Origin: an uncultured Pseudomonadota bacterium
Lineage (GTDB): Bacteria; Oederibacteriota; Muellerivitia; Muellerivitales; Muellerivitaceae
Assembly: GCA_963843375.1 (NCBI GenBank)
Contig: CAWJKT010000009.1
Coordinates: 192,001-256,000 of the forward strand
Length of the DNA: 64,000 nucleotides
Reading direction: 5' to 3'
Shown: one piece after another, positions 33,083 through 43,611 of the stretch
Layout of the letters: every line of letters begins with the position of its first letter
Numbering within the stretch: position 1 is the first letter of the stretch
The notes under the pieces: generated by a model
Told to the model about the DNA's origin: nothing
The model's input: only the letters and a program-made list of their open reading frames with translations
Database searches by the model: none
Translations under genes and position numbers: made by a program

Positions 33083-34168
33083 ATGATTGATTTCGCGCGT
33101 GATAACAACATAAACCCTGTCAAACCCGTAAATGCCGGCGTCCACGAAACGCTGGCCAAGACCGCCTATTTCTTTCACCGTAAGGGGGACGCCCTTTTTA
33201 TTTCCAGCCGGTTCCAGGAAGCTGTGGCCGCCTTCCAAAAGAGTCTGGAGGCCTACCAAGCGGAAGGGGATTCCCAAGGCGCGGGGCTTTGCCTGACGCG
33301 GCTGGGGCGGTCGCTTGAAATCCTTGGTGAGTATGAACAGGCCCGCCAACGCTACGTGGAAAGTTTGAAAATTTTCCAGGAAACCAGAGACTCGCAGGGC
33401 ATAGCGCGAAGCAAGGCCCACCTGGGTAACGTGGGTTGGGCCACGGGCGATTACCAGGAGGCGTCCAACTTTTTACAGGAGGCTTTGGCGTTTTATAAAG
33501 AGGGGGAGGATAGGGCGGGGGAGGCTTGGGTCCATGATTTGATGGGCAACTTGAGGCTAGCCATGCGCGAGGACGGGAAGGCTGAAAGCCATTACCAGAC
33601 GGCCTACGCCCTGGCTCAAGAACTGGGCGACAACCTGCAGTTGGAGGCTTGGAATCATTACCACTTGGGGGCCGTGGCCCTTTTCCGGGGTCAAATTGTT
33701 GGAGCCCGGGAACGCTTCTCCAAAGCTCTCGAATATTTCGTGCGGCTGAACGACGACCTGGGGCAAGTGGCCACCTTGATCCATCTAGGTGAGATCGCTT
33801 GCGCGCAGAAAAACATGGAGGAAGCGGAGGAACATCTACTCAAGGCCGTTCAGATGGTTCTTCCCACCGAGTGCAAACCACTTTTGGCGGACGCCCTAAC
33901 CGGGTTGGCCCAAAACCTGAAGGCAAAGGGGGAGGGCCGCAAGGCCATCAGCCTTCTCATGGTGGCTCTTTCCCATCCCACTTGCCGGCGACAGACCAAG
34001 GACCGGATGGTCGACTTGGTCTTGCAATTGGAATCCAATTTTGTTCGCGAGGAAGTGAAGGACGGCTTCAAGTGGGCCAAAGCCGTGAGCCTTGAGGAAA
34101 TGGCTGCCGCTTGGATGTCCGCCGCGTTGAAAGAAAAGCCCAAAACCAAGAGGAAGAAGACCACCTAA
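33083..34168 (+). CDS. TPR-repeat protein
   Basis: Repeated ~40-aa MalT-like TPR units (LG....GDY.EA....EAL); AGGAGG RBS. Confidence 0.85.
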   Translation: MIDFARDNNINPVKPVNAGVHETLAKTAYFFHRKGDALFISSRFQEAVAAFQKSLEAYQAEGDSQGAGLCLTRLGRSLEILGEYEQARQRYVESLKIFQETRDSQGIARSKAHLGNVGWATGDYQEASNFLQEALAFYKEGEDRAGEAWVHDLMGNLRLAMREDGKAESHYQTAYALAQELGDNLQLEAWNHYHLGAVALFRGQIVGARERFSKALEYFVRLNDDLGQVATLIHLGEIACAQKNMEEAEEHLLKAVQMVLPTECKPLLADALTGLAQNLKAKGEGRKAISLLMVALSHPTCRRQTKDRMVDLVLQLESNFVREEVKDGFKWAKAVSLEEMAAAWMSAALKEKPKTKRKKTT

Positions 34169-34213
34169 AAGGGACTTATCTAATTAAATCCCCCAAGCTT
34201 CTGTATGAAAAAT

Positions 34214-34244
34214 TCCCCCCGTTTTTCAAACGGGGAGGTTTATT
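34214..34244 (+). terminator. Putative intrinsic terminator
   Basis: CCCCGTTT-ttc-AAACGGGG hairpin followed by a T-rich tract. Confidence 0.5.
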
Positions 34245-34402
34245 TCGACAACTTCAAATTTCACTTAGGTTCTTAACTTTATAATCGCAAAAAAGGCGTC
34301 TGACCAGCCTCCGCCCTTCGTTTTTGCCTGGCCCAAAAATCCCTGACTTATGCCCGGTTATGGCTATAATTGGCTTTTCCATTTTGACCCAAAGGAACGG
34401 CC

Positions 34403-36301
34403 ATGTGCGGGATTGTCGGGGCTTTCGGTTTTAAAAATTGCTCTTTCCCCATCACCGAACCTTATATCGCCAAGATGCGCGATACCATGGCGCACCGGGG
34501 GCCGGACGGGGTGGGAGCTTGGATTTCCAAGGACCAAAAGGTCGGGATGGGGCACCGGCGGCTTTCCATCATCGATCTTTCCACCATCGCCAACCAGCCC
34601 ATGGCCAACTCGGACGGAAGCCTGCAGGTGGTCTTCAACGGGGAAATTTACAACCACGCCGATATCCGCAAAGAACTCAACCAGATCGGGAAGTTCCAAT
34701 GGAAAACCGACCATTCGGACACCGAGGTCATTCTTCACGCCTTCGAACAATGGGGGATTGAGTGCCTCCACAAGTTTCGAGGGATGTTCGCCATCGGGCT
34801 TTGGGACGAAAAGAAACGGGAACTTTGGCTGGTCCGGGACCGGTTGGGCATTAAACCCCTTTACTATAGTCTTCATGATAACCGCATCACCTTCGCCTCT
34901 GAAATCAAGGCGCTTCTGCAGGACCCCGACCAAAAGCGGGCTGTGCATGAGGAAGCCCTATTCCATTATCTTTCTTTTCTCACGACGCCCGCTCCCCAAA
35001 CTCTTTTCGACGGCATTCTCAAGCTTCCGCCGGGAACTTGGCTGCGAATCCGTGAGGACGGCACGACCGAGGAAAAGCGCTATTGGGACATTTGGGACAA
35101 CGCCCATTCCCTGGAGGGGGTTTCAGAGGATGAGATTGCCAAGCGGCTTTTGGATGAATTGAAAACCGCGGTCAAGCTTCGCAAAGTCAGCGATGTTCCC
35201 GTGGGCGTGTTTTTATCCGGAGGAATCGATTCCTCCACCAATGCCGCCCTTTTCTCCCAAGGGGACAACCAGAAAGTCAAAACCTTCAGTATCGGGTACA
35301 AGGGGTCCTATCAGTCCTACCAGAATGAGCTTCACTACGCCAAACAAGTGGCCGATTATGTGGGGGCCGAATACCACGAACTGCTCCTGGATATCGACGA
35401 CTTGATGAATTTCCTGCCCAAAATGGTTCATTTGCAGGATGAACCCATCGCCGATCCGGTTTGCGTGCCGGTTTATTACGTTTCCAAACTGGCCCGGGAA
35501 AACGGGGTCATGGTCTGCCAGGTGGGTGAAGGGGCGGATGAACTCTTCTGGGGTTATAACGGCTGGAAAAAGGAACTGAAATACCAGCGCATCATGGACA
35601 AACCCATTCCCGCTTTCCTCAAAAAACTTGGGCTTCTTCCCCTGAAGCTGTTGGGCCGCCGTTATTCGGCCCATTATGAAAGATTGCGGCGCAGTTCTTT
35701 GGGCCAACCCATTTTCTGGGGCGGGGCCGAAGCCTTTACCCAAACGCAAAAGATGAAACTTTTATCGCCCCGCTTGAGGAAAAAATTCAAGAACTTCACT
35801 TCCTGGGAGGCTTTGAAGCCCATCCGGGAACGGTTCGAAAAAAATGCTTGGGAAAAAACGCCGCTTCAATGGATGAGCTACCTGGACCTGAACCTGAGGC
35901 TTCCCGAACTTTTGCTGATGCGGGTGGACAAGATGAGTATGGGCGTTTCGTTGGAAGGCAGGGTGCCTTTCCTGGACCACAAGTTCGTGGAACTTTCCAT
36001 GAGCATTCCCGAATCGATGAAGACCAAGAACGGGACCCTGAAATACATCCTTAAAAAAGCGGTGCGGGGGGTTATTCCCGACGAGATCATCGATCGGCCC
36101 AAGCAGGGTTTTGGGGTGCCGATTTACGAGTGGTTCTTCGACAAATTGGGGGAGAAAACCCGGCAGGAACTGGAGGAATTTTGCGCTAAGACCGACTTCC
36201 TCGATCGGGACGAGGTTTTCCGATATATTGAGAAAGGCGAGGGCCCCCAAGTCTGGTACCTGCTGAACTTCGCGCTTTGGTGGAAGGAATATGTCGCCTG
36301 A
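34403..36301 (+). CDS. asnB: Asparagine synthase-like glutamine amidotransferase (probable polysaccharide amidation)
   Basis: MCGI, HRGPD, RRLSIID, FNGEIYN, LSGGIDSS, GEGADE and RVPFLDH. Confidence 0.92.
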   Translation: MCGIVGAFGFKNCSFPITEPYIAKMRDTMAHRGPDGVGAWISKDQKVGMGHRRLSIIDLSTIANQPMANSDGSLQVVFNGEIYNHADIRKELNQIGKFQWKTDHSDTEVILHAFEQWGIECLHKFRGMFAIGLWDEKKRELWLVRDRLGIKPLYYSLHDNRITFASEIKALLQDPDQKRAVHEEALFHYLSFLTTPAPQTLFDGILKLPPGTWLRIREDGTTEEKRYWDIWDNAHSLEGVSEDEIAKRLLDELKTAVKLRKVSDVPVGVFLSGGIDSSTNAALFSQGDNQKVKTFSIGYKGSYQSYQNELHYAKQVADYVGAEYHELLLDIDDLMNFLPKMVHLQDEPIADPVCVPVYYVSKLARENGVMVCQVGEGADELFWGYNGWKKELKYQRIMDKPIPAFLKKLGLLPLKLLGRRYSAHYERLRRSSLGQPIFWGGAEAFTQTQKMKLLSPRLRKKFKNFTSWEALKPIRERFEKNAWEKTPLQWMSYLDLNLRLPELLLMRVDKMSMGVSLEGRVPFLDHKFVELSMSIPESMKTKNGTLKYILKKAVRGVIPDEIIDRPKQGFGVPIYEWFFDKLGEKTRQELEEFCAKTDFLDRDEVFRYIEKGEGPQVWYLLNFALWWKEYVA

Positions 36302-36306
36302 TCCAA

Positions 36307-37617
36307 ATGATTCGTCAATATATCGCTGACCACGGGGGAACCCCCGCCTCGGCCCTTCATTATTTTGGGAATCATTTATTCCATTCCAATTTCGTCCGGA
36401 AGGTCTTTCAAACCTACAGCAACCGGCTTTTGATGATTGCCTTTGGACTGGTCGGAAGCGTTCTGACGGCCCGGCTTTTAGGACCGGAAGGCCGCGGCTA
36501 TTTAGGGGTCTTTTGGGCTGTGGCGGGCGTGGGCGTGCAATTCATCAACCTAGGCCTCCAATCCTCCAATACTTTTTACATCTCCAAGGATAAATCCATC
36601 CTTCCCCAGACCATGGGCAATAGCCTGGCGGTCGGCTTGGGGTTGGGTGCCTCTACTGCACTCCTCGCGGGCCTCTTTTTTTGGATCTGGCCTCAGTTTT
36701 CACCACTTCCTTCCACCCTCCTGGTCCTGTCCTTGGCGACCATTCCCATTGGGTTGACCGGCATGTTCCTTCAAAACATTCTTTTGGGGCTGGGGGATGT
36801 GCGGTATTTCAACCTGATCGAACTTTGCGGGAAAATCCTGACCGTGATTGTTTTGGGGATCCTTTTATTGGGGCACTGGGTGGATGTCATTTCGGTTTCG
36901 GTTTTAAGCCTGGGCATATCCCTTTTTACTTTGGGATGGTATTGGGCGAAGTCGGCGGGGTATCTCAAGGGCCCCTTGAAGGTTTCGTGGGATATTTTCC
37001 GTGATCATTTGAGATACGGGTTTAAAGCTTATGTCGCCGCTTTTTTTGGTTTCCTGCTTTTGAGAGTGGACATCCTGATGGTGCAATATATTTCGGGGCC
37101 GAAAGACACGGGCTATTACTCCATGTCCTCGACCATGGCGGATTACTTGTATTTGCTTCCGATGACGGTAGGAACCATTTTGTTTCCCAACCTTTCCTCC
37201 CTGCCTTCCAAACTGGAGATGTGGCGAAGGACCCAAAAGGTTTGCGGGATATTGACCCTGGTTTTTATTCCGGTCGTTTTGCTTTCCATCCTCCTGGCCA
37301 AACCGATCGTCGTGTTGCTCTATGGAAAGGCTTTTGAGCCCGCCGTTTTCCCGTACCAAATCCTGGCTTGCGCCATGATCTTTTACGGCATCAACACCGT
37401 TCTTTCCAATTTCCTGGCGGCAACGGGTTTTCCCTGGTTCTCGGTTTACGTCTGGATCGCGGCCCTCATCGTGAATGTGGGGTTGAACTTGTTTCTCATA
37501 CCCAAATACGGGCCGGCAGGGGCGGCTTGGGCCTCGCTGGCGGGATACTTTTTGGTGTTTGTCCTTCAATACCAATTTATCATCGGCAAAGAAATGAAAG
37601 GGCAAGCCAAGGTATGA
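36307..37617 (+). CDS. Wzx-type flippase
   Basis: ARLLGPEGRG, LLRVD and NLFLIPKYGPAGAAWAS; many TMs. Confidence 0.88.
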   Translation: MIRQYIADHGGTPASALHYFGNHLFHSNFVRKVFQTYSNRLLMIAFGLVGSVLTARLLGPEGRGYLGVFWAVAGVGVQFINLGLQSSNTFYISKDKSILPQTMGNSLAVGLGLGASTALLAGLFFWIWPQFSPLPSTLLVLSLATIPIGLTGMFLQNILLGLGDVRYFNLIELCGKILTVIVLGILLLGHWVDVISVSVLSLGISLFTLGWYWAKSAGYLKGPLKVSWDIFRDHLRYGFKAYVAAFFGFLLLRVDILMVQYISGPKDTGYYSMSSTMADYLYLLPMTVGTILFPNLSSLPSKLEMWRRTQKVCGILTLVFIPVVLLSILLAKPIVVLLYGKAFEPAVFPYQILACAMIFYGINTVLSNFLAATGFPWFSVYVWIAALIVNVGLNLFLIPKYGPAGAAWASLAGYFLVFVLQYQFIIGKEMKGQAKV

Positions 37618-39227
37618 CGACTTCCAAAATCATCATTTACCGTTCTTCGCCCTATGTGGTGGAACCCGGCGCGCCGGCAGATGACGGGCAAAGGGTGGTT
37701 TCATTTGAGGAACTAAAGGAATGGCTGAAGAGCGGAAAGATATTACTGCATTTTTTCGGTTATGACGAAGCCATCCTGGTGACGGCGGATTTGAAACTGA
37801 TCGCTAAACCTTTCGTGACCGCCCTTTTGCTTTGGTCGTTGGCCAGGAAAAGAAGCGTGATGCGCGACGACCATGGCGCGGTCCAGGAGGTGCGGATCTC
37901 CTTTCTCGTGTCCCTTTTCCAAAAGTTCCTGAAGGATTTCATGGAGAAGAGGAGGTTCTTCAGGGATTTGGAACTTCAAGTGAAGGCCTTGTACGGGGAG
38001 GGAAAGGCCGGGGCGAATCACCCATTGGATTTGTCACTCCCGCCCGTTTACCTGCGCACGGACCTGGTTTTTGGTTTGAAATCCGGCGGGTCGGTAGGGC
38101 ATATCGCTGGAGTTTTGAACCATCTGGACCAATTCACGGGAAAGCCGATTTTCCTCACCACCGATACCATTCCCACCGTCCGGACTGATTTGGAAACCCA
38201 CCCGATTCTCCCCGGGGAGCAGTTCTGGGATTTCAGTGAAATGCCGGCGTTTCATTACAACCACGTGTTTTATGCCCAGGCCCTCAGGCAGTTGGGGGAC
38301 AGGAAAATTTCGTTCATTTACCAGCGTTACAGCCTGAATAACTTTTCCGGGCTTCAACTGGCCCGGCACTACCGGGTTCCCTTCGTGTTGGAATACAACG
38401 GATCGGAAATTTGGGTGGGGCGAAATTGGGGAAGCGTTTTGAAGTATGAGGCCATGTCCGAAAAAATCGAGGACCTTAATTTAAGAGAATGCGACATGGC
38501 GGTGGTGGTCAGCCGGCCCCTGAAAGATGAATTGGTCAAGAGGGGCGTTACTGAGGATAAAATCCTGGTCAACCCCAACGGGGTGGACGTTGATAAATAT
38601 TCACCCCAAGTGGACGGGTCGAAAGTCCGGCAGAAATACGGCCTGGAGGGCAAAAAGGTGCTGGGTTTCATCGGAACTTTTGGCCGCTGGCACGGGGCGG
38701 AAGTCTTGGCCCAGGCTTTCGGGGAATTGGTCAAATGTAATCCCGAGTACCGTGAACAGGCGAGGCTTTTGATGGTTGGGGATGGAATCACCCTGCCCCT
38801 GGTGAAGGACATTCTCGGGAAATTCGAGGTACTGGACCTTTGCGTGCTGACCGGAACTCTGCCCCAGGCCGAAGGCCCCGCCCATCTGGCTGCCTGCGAT
38901 ATATTGGCGGCGCCCACGGTGCCTAACCCCGATGGCACGCCTTTCTTCGGTTCCCCCACAAAGCTTTTTGAATATATGGCTATGGGAAAGGGAATCGTGG
39001 CCTCGGACTTGGATCAGATCGGCGAAATATTGAAGCATCAAGTAACAGCTTGGATGGTTAAGCCCGGGGATAAGGATTCCTTAAAAGAAGGCTTGAAAGT
39101 TTTGATCGAGGATAAAGCGCTGCGGGAAAGGCTGGGACGGGCAGCCCGGGAAGAGTGCTCGGCCAAGTACACCTGGAAAGAACACACCCGCAAGATCATC
39201 GAAAAGCTAAAAGCGAGACTCGGGTGA
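37614..39227 (+). CDS. GT4 glycosyltransferase with N-terminal extension
   Basis: NPNGVD, GFIGTFGRWHG and SPTKLFEYMAMGK motifs. Confidence 0.88.
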   Translation: MTTSKIIIYRSSPYVVEPGAPADDGQRVVSFEELKEWLKSGKILLHFFGYDEAILVTADLKLIAKPFVTALLLWSLARKRSVMRDDHGAVQEVRISFLVSLFQKFLKDFMEKRRFFRDLELQVKALYGEGKAGANHPLDLSLPPVYLRTDLVFGLKSGGSVGHIAGVLNHLDQFTGKPIFLTTDTIPTVRTDLETHPILPGEQFWDFSEMPAFHYNHVFYAQALRQLGDRKISFIYQRYSLNNFSGLQLARHYRVPFVLEYNGSEIWVGRNWGSVLKYEAMSEKIEDLNLRECDMAVVVSRPLKDELVKRGVTEDKILVNPNGVDVDKYSPQVDGSKVRQKYGLEGKKVLGFIGTFGRWHGAEVLAQAFGELVKCNPEYREQARLLMVGDGITLPLVKDILGKFEVLDLCVLTGTLPQAEGPAHLAACDILAAPTVPNPDGTPFFGSPTKLFEYMAMGKGIVASDLDQIGEILKHQVTAWMVKPGDKDSLKEGLKVLIEDKALRERLGRAAREECSAKYTWKEHTRKIIEKLKARLG

Positions 39228-41350
39228 AGAATTTTTTTTACTATCTCAAACGCGCGATTTCCATGCCGCCGCATATCGCGGTAGGGAAAGCCCTTGCGAA
39301 AGTTTCTAATCGATATAGGGATGCCCGGGAAAGAAAAATGGATACAACCTTTTCCACTTACAAGCCTATTGGTTTCACCAAGGGTTGGAAATTGGCTCCC
39401 CGCGAAATGGACCTGGCGAAAGCCCTGACGTTGGTACCGGTCAGTTCCGTTCATGAAAGAACCAACCGGATTTTAGCCCATGAGTTCAACCTTTTGGGTT
39501 CGGGCTGGGTCAAGGTCCGCCATGGCGTGGAATGCGCCGGTTTGGAGGGAAGTTCCTTCAAGGCGGGGGAAAAGGCGTCGGCGGATTCGGAAGGTCGCTG
39601 GCTTATCCCCCGCATCAACGAAAAGAATATCCCGGAGTCCCGGCGGATTTGGGGGCTGATTGAGCAAAACTACGAACCCATCGACTGGCAGTTGGATTTC
39701 AAGTCAGGGTACCGGTGGCGCGAAAATGCCCTGAGCCGCGATATCACCTATGGGGAATTGCGGGGTCAGGACGTGAAGGTACCCTGGGAATTGGCCCGCA
39801 TGCAGCACCTGCCAACCCTGGCCTGGGCCTTTGGGTTCGCGGTTCAAAAAACGAAAGTATTTGAGGCGCCCGAAATTTATTTAAATGAATTTCGGAATCA
39901 AATTCTTGATTTTATTGCAACCAACCCGCCCCGTTACGGGGTGAATTGGTCCTGCACCATGGACGTGGGCATCCGTGTGGCCAATTGGGTGTTGGCTTAT
40001 GACTTGTTCCGTTCACTGGGAGCGAAATTTGATTCGGAATTCGAGGAAACTTTTTCCAAAAGCATTTTTGAACATGCCGACCATATTTACCATCATCTCG
40101 AATGGGACCCCCTGCTGAGGTCGAACCATTATCTTGCCGATATCGCGGGGCTTCTTTGGGCCGTTTGGCCTATGGCGGGGTTTGGCCGCTCCGTCCAGGC
40201 CCGTTGTTGGGGGAAGTTTGCTGGAAAAGAATTTGATAAGGAGATTTTTTCCCAATTCCATGCGGAGGGGAGCAATTTTGAGGGCTCCACCAGCTATCAC
40301 CGCTTGAGCGCAGAAATGATCGCCTATACCACGGCCCTCAGGCTTGGAGGCGGGGAAGGTAAAGTTCAACCCCGAATGAAATTATCCCGGGATTATCTTA
40401 AAAGGCTGGAAGGTATGGCCCTATTCACTTTGAACCTGACGAAACCCGATGGGAATGTGGTTCAAATGGGTGACAACGACAGCGGGCGTTTCTTCAAACT
40501 TCTTCCTGTTGAAGACAATACCCTGGACCACCGGCACTTACTGGGGGCTTTTAATGGCTTATTCCATCGGAAGGAATGGGCGGAGGCGGCCCAGGGTTTT
40601 GAGGCTGAAACGGAATTGATCCGCCAGTTAACCGGCGGGGCGGAAATCAAACTGAACGAACCCGAATCCAAAGATTCCCCTAGGATATCCTATCCCGACT
40701 TCGGCCTTTACCGTATGACCCAAGGGCCCTGGTGGCTTTGCGTGCGCTGCGGACCGGTGGGCCAAAAAGGAAACGGCGGCCATGCCCATAACGACCAGCT
40801 TTCCTTCGAGCTTTGCGTGGACGGTCGTTCCTGCCTGGTGGACCCGGGGACCTTTGTTTACACCCCCTTGCCGGAAGAAAGAAACAAGTTCCGCTCCAGC
40901 GCCATGCACAATACCCTGTCCCTGAATGGTCAAGAACAAAACCCCTTTGGGCCCGAGTTGTTTAGGCTCAAAGACAAGGCCCAGGCTAAAGTGATGGATT
41001 TCCGGGAGGGGCACTTTGTGGGGGAACACAAAGGTTTTGGCGCGGCCCACCGTCGAACATTGAAGCTGGATGAAAGCGGTTTGAAAGGTCTGGACGAATG
41101 CGCGGGTGAAGGGACCAAGTTTATTTATTTTCATGCCGCCCCGGGTTGGGAAGCGGGCGTGGAAGATCCTCATCACGCTCATTTGACGGGAGGGACGAAG
41201 AAAATCAAACTTGAATCGGCGGACGGGGAATGGCTGGCGCAGGAAAGCAATTATTCCGGTGAATATGGCAAGAAGGAAACTTCTCGTGTTTTGATCTTGA
41301 AGTCCAACGCTGACAAAATCGCCTGGAAAATCTGGGCGGGGGAAAAATAA
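39224..41350 (+). CDS. Heparinase II/III-like protein
   Basis: DVKVPWELAR, SNHY, EGSTSYH, GHAHNDQLSF, VDPG and HNT motifs. Confidence 0.85.
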   Translation: MKNFFYYLKRAISMPPHIAVGKALAKVSNRYRDARERKMDTTFSTYKPIGFTKGWKLAPREMDLAKALTLVPVSSVHERTNRILAHEFNLLGSGWVKVRHGVECAGLEGSSFKAGEKASADSEGRWLIPRINEKNIPESRRIWGLIEQNYEPIDWQLDFKSGYRWRENALSRDITYGELRGQDVKVPWELARMQHLPTLAWAFGFAVQKTKVFEAPEIYLNEFRNQILDFIATNPPRYGVNWSCTMDVGIRVANWVLAYDLFRSLGAKFDSEFEETFSKSIFEHADHIYHHLEWDPLLRSNHYLADIAGLLWAVWPMAGFGRSVQARCWGKFAGKEFDKEIFSQFHAEGSNFEGSTSYHRLSAEMIAYTTALRLGGGEGKVQPRMKLSRDYLKRLEGMALFTLNLTKPDGNVVQMGDNDSGRFFKLLPVEDNTLDHRHLLGAFNGLFHRKEWAEAAQGFEAETELIRQLTGGAEIKLNEPESKDSPRISYPDFGLYRMTQGPWWLCVRCGPVGQKGNGGHAHNDQLSFELCVDGRSCLVDPGTFVYTPLPEERNKFRSSAMHNTLSLNGQEQNPFGPELFRLKDKAQAKVMDFREGHFVGEHKGFGAAHRRTLKLDESGLKGLDECAGEGTKFIYFHAAPGWEAGVEDPHHAHLTGGTKKIKLESADGEWLAQESNYSGEYGKKETSRVLILKSNADKIAWKIWAGEK

Positions 41351-42513
41351 TGCCTCCCAAAAAAATTCTTATGGCCTGCGCCAATTTCTGGACATCACCC
41401 TTCCAGGTGGGAAGCCATCACTTGGCCCGGGAGTTCGTCCGCCGGGGCTGGCAGGTCGCCTTTATTTCCGACCCCATTTCCCCTTTCCATCTGCTGGGTG
41501 GCAAGGGCGGGGAATTGCGGGAGAGGTTCCGGATTTACCGGCAGGGTGGGATGCAGGACCTGAACGGAAAACTTTGGGCATATGTTCCTTTCACCCTAGC
41601 CAGCCCCCACAACAAACCCTTCCTTCGGTCCGGATGGGTCCAGAATCATTGGCCCCAACTCTCAATACCCCATCTCGTATTCAAAATTGTCCAACAAGGA
41701 TTTGGTGAAGTTGACCTTCTCTATTTGGACAGCGTGGCTCAGGCTTTTTGGCTGAAATATATCAAGTCGAATAGGGCCTTCTTTCGGATAGCGGACAATA
41801 ACCAGGGGTTTGAAAGGTTCACCCAAGCGTCTCGGGAGGCCGAAAGGAAGTTGGCGCAAGGAGTTGATGCCGTCGTCTATTCCGCCGATAACTTGAAAAA
41901 AGTAATCGAGGTTTTAAAACCCCGGAAAATGTTCCATTTGCCCAATGGCGTGAACTTCACCCATTTTGATGGCCCCGAATCCCCTCAGCCGAAGGAATAC
42001 AAGAGGTTTCCAAAACCTATCGTGGTTTATGTGGGGGCGATCGAAGAATGGTTTAATTTCAAATGGCTTCGACGGGCGGCGGAAAGGTTAAACAAGGTTT
42101 CTTTTGTCCTGATCGGTTCCACCCGGGCCGCGGGGGAGTTCGCCGCGTTGAGTAATGTCCATTTCCTGGGACCCCGCCCTTATTCGGAAATTCCGGCCTA
42201 CTTAAAACATGCCCAAGTCGGGATCATTCCATTCGACTTGGAGGGACACTCTGATTTGGTGAACAGTATCCATCCCCTGAAACTTTATGAATACATGGCT
42301 TGCGGGTTGCCGGTGGTGGCCACCGCCTGGGGAGAGTTGGAGCACCTGAAAAGTCCCGCTATCTTGGCTCGCACCGAAGGTCAGTTTATCCAGGGACTCC
42401 AGAAAGCCATTGATCGCCCGGGAAGCAAAGCCTTTTACCGCCAATATGCCCGCAAACAGGATTGGTCCGGAAGGGTGGACAGTCTTTTGAAGTTTTTGGG
42501 GAAATTGAAATGA
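41350..42513 (+). CDS. GT-B (GT4-like) glycosyltransferase
   Basis: LPNGV and PLKLYEYMACGLPVV motifs. Confidence 0.85.
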   Translation: MPPKKILMACANFWTSPFQVGSHHLAREFVRRGWQVAFISDPISPFHLLGGKGGELRERFRIYRQGGMQDLNGKLWAYVPFTLASPHNKPFLRSGWVQNHWPQLSIPHLVFKIVQQGFGEVDLLYLDSVAQAFWLKYIKSNRAFFRIADNNQGFERFTQASREAERKLAQGVDAVVYSADNLKKVIEVLKPRKMFHLPNGVNFTHFDGPESPQPKEYKRFPKPIVVYVGAIEEWFNFKWLRRAAERLNKVSFVLIGSTRAAGEFAALSNVHFLGPRPYSEIPAYLKHAQVGIIPFDLEGHSDLVNSIHPLKLYEYMACGLPVVATAWGELEHLKSPAILARTEGQFIQGLQKAIDRPGSKAFYRQYARKQDWSGRVDSLLKFLGKLK

Positions 42514-43601
42514 AACCCACCATCACCGTGGATGCCCGGATGATCCAGTCGGCGGGGATCGGAACTTACCTGCAAAGCCTTCTCCCCCTGATCATTCGCC
42601 GCCGGCCGCAGTTTGGGTTTTGCCTTTTGGGAAAGGCTTCTGATCTTGAGGTTTTTACCTGGGCGAGACTGAAAAATACACGGATCATCCCCTGTGAATC
42701 GCCCATTTATGGGCTTCGGGAACAGGTCGAAATTCCGCGGAAGACGCCCCCTGAAACCGTCTTGTTCTGGTCGCCCCATTACAACATCCCGTTTGGCTGC
42801 TCCGCCAAACTCCTGGTAACGGTTCATGACGTGTTCCACTTGGCTATGCCTCAATTCACGGGGGGAATCCATAAGAGGATTTACGCCAGATATATGTTTT
42901 CATCCTTACGGAAAAAAGCGGCGGCCATACTGTCCGTTTCTCAATTCTCCAAAGATGAACTTTTAAAATACACCGGTCCGGCAGGGTGCCTGCCCCAAGT
43001 GGTTTATAACGGCGTAGACGAAAGCTGGATCCAGTTGAAAAAGAGAAAAAATCCTCATCCGGGTCCCTACATTTTGTTCGTCGGCAGTGTAAAACCGCAT
43101 AAAAACCTAATGAGGCTACTGGAAGCCTTTGAGAAGGTGAAGGACCAAATTCCTCAAGACCTGGTAATTGTGGGCAAAAAAGAAGGCTTTATCACGGGGG
43201 ATAGGAAGGTGATCCAAAGAGCTGAAAAACTGGGGAATCGGGTCTGCTTTACAGGGGACTTTCACTATGACGACCCTTTGTTCCGACAATATTACGCTTG
43301 GGCTGATTTTTTGGTTTTGCCTTCTTTATATGAGAGCTTCGGGCTTCCGGTCCTGGAGGCTATGGCCTGTGGCTGCCCGGCTTTGGTTTCTAACTTGGCG
43401 GCTTTCCCAGAAGTTTATGGGAATGCGGCGTTCTATTGCGATCCTTACAACGCGGAAGATATCTCGCTCAAACTCATGAAATTATCCAAGAATCGGAAGC
43501 TCCGCCAAGGGTTGATTCAAAGGGGTAGGGCGCGGGTAAAAAGATATAGTTGGGAAAAAAGCGCGGACAAAATCACGGGAATAATAGATGAGCTTCTTTA
43601 A
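42510..43601 (+). CDS. GT4 glycosyltransferase
   Basis: GIGTY, TVHD, KPHKN and ESFGLPVLEAMACG. Confidence 0.9.
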   Translation: MKPTITVDARMIQSAGIGTYLQSLLPLIIRRRPQFGFCLLGKASDLEVFTWARLKNTRIIPCESPIYGLREQVEIPRKTPPETVLFWSPHYNIPFGCSAKLLVTVHDVFHLAMPQFTGGIHKRIYARYMFSSLRKKAAAILSVSQFSKDELLKYTGPAGCLPQVVYNGVDESWIQLKKRKNPHPGPYILFVGSVKPHKNLMRLLEAFEKVKDQIPQDLVIVGKKEGFITGDRKVIQRAEKLGNRVCFTGDFHYDDPLFRQYYAWADFLVLPSLYESFGLPVLEAMACGCPALVSNLAAFPEVYGNAAFYCDPYNAEDISLKLMKLSKNRKLRQGLIQRGRARVKRYSWEKSADKITGIIDELL

Positions 43602-43611
43602 AAAGGTGCGG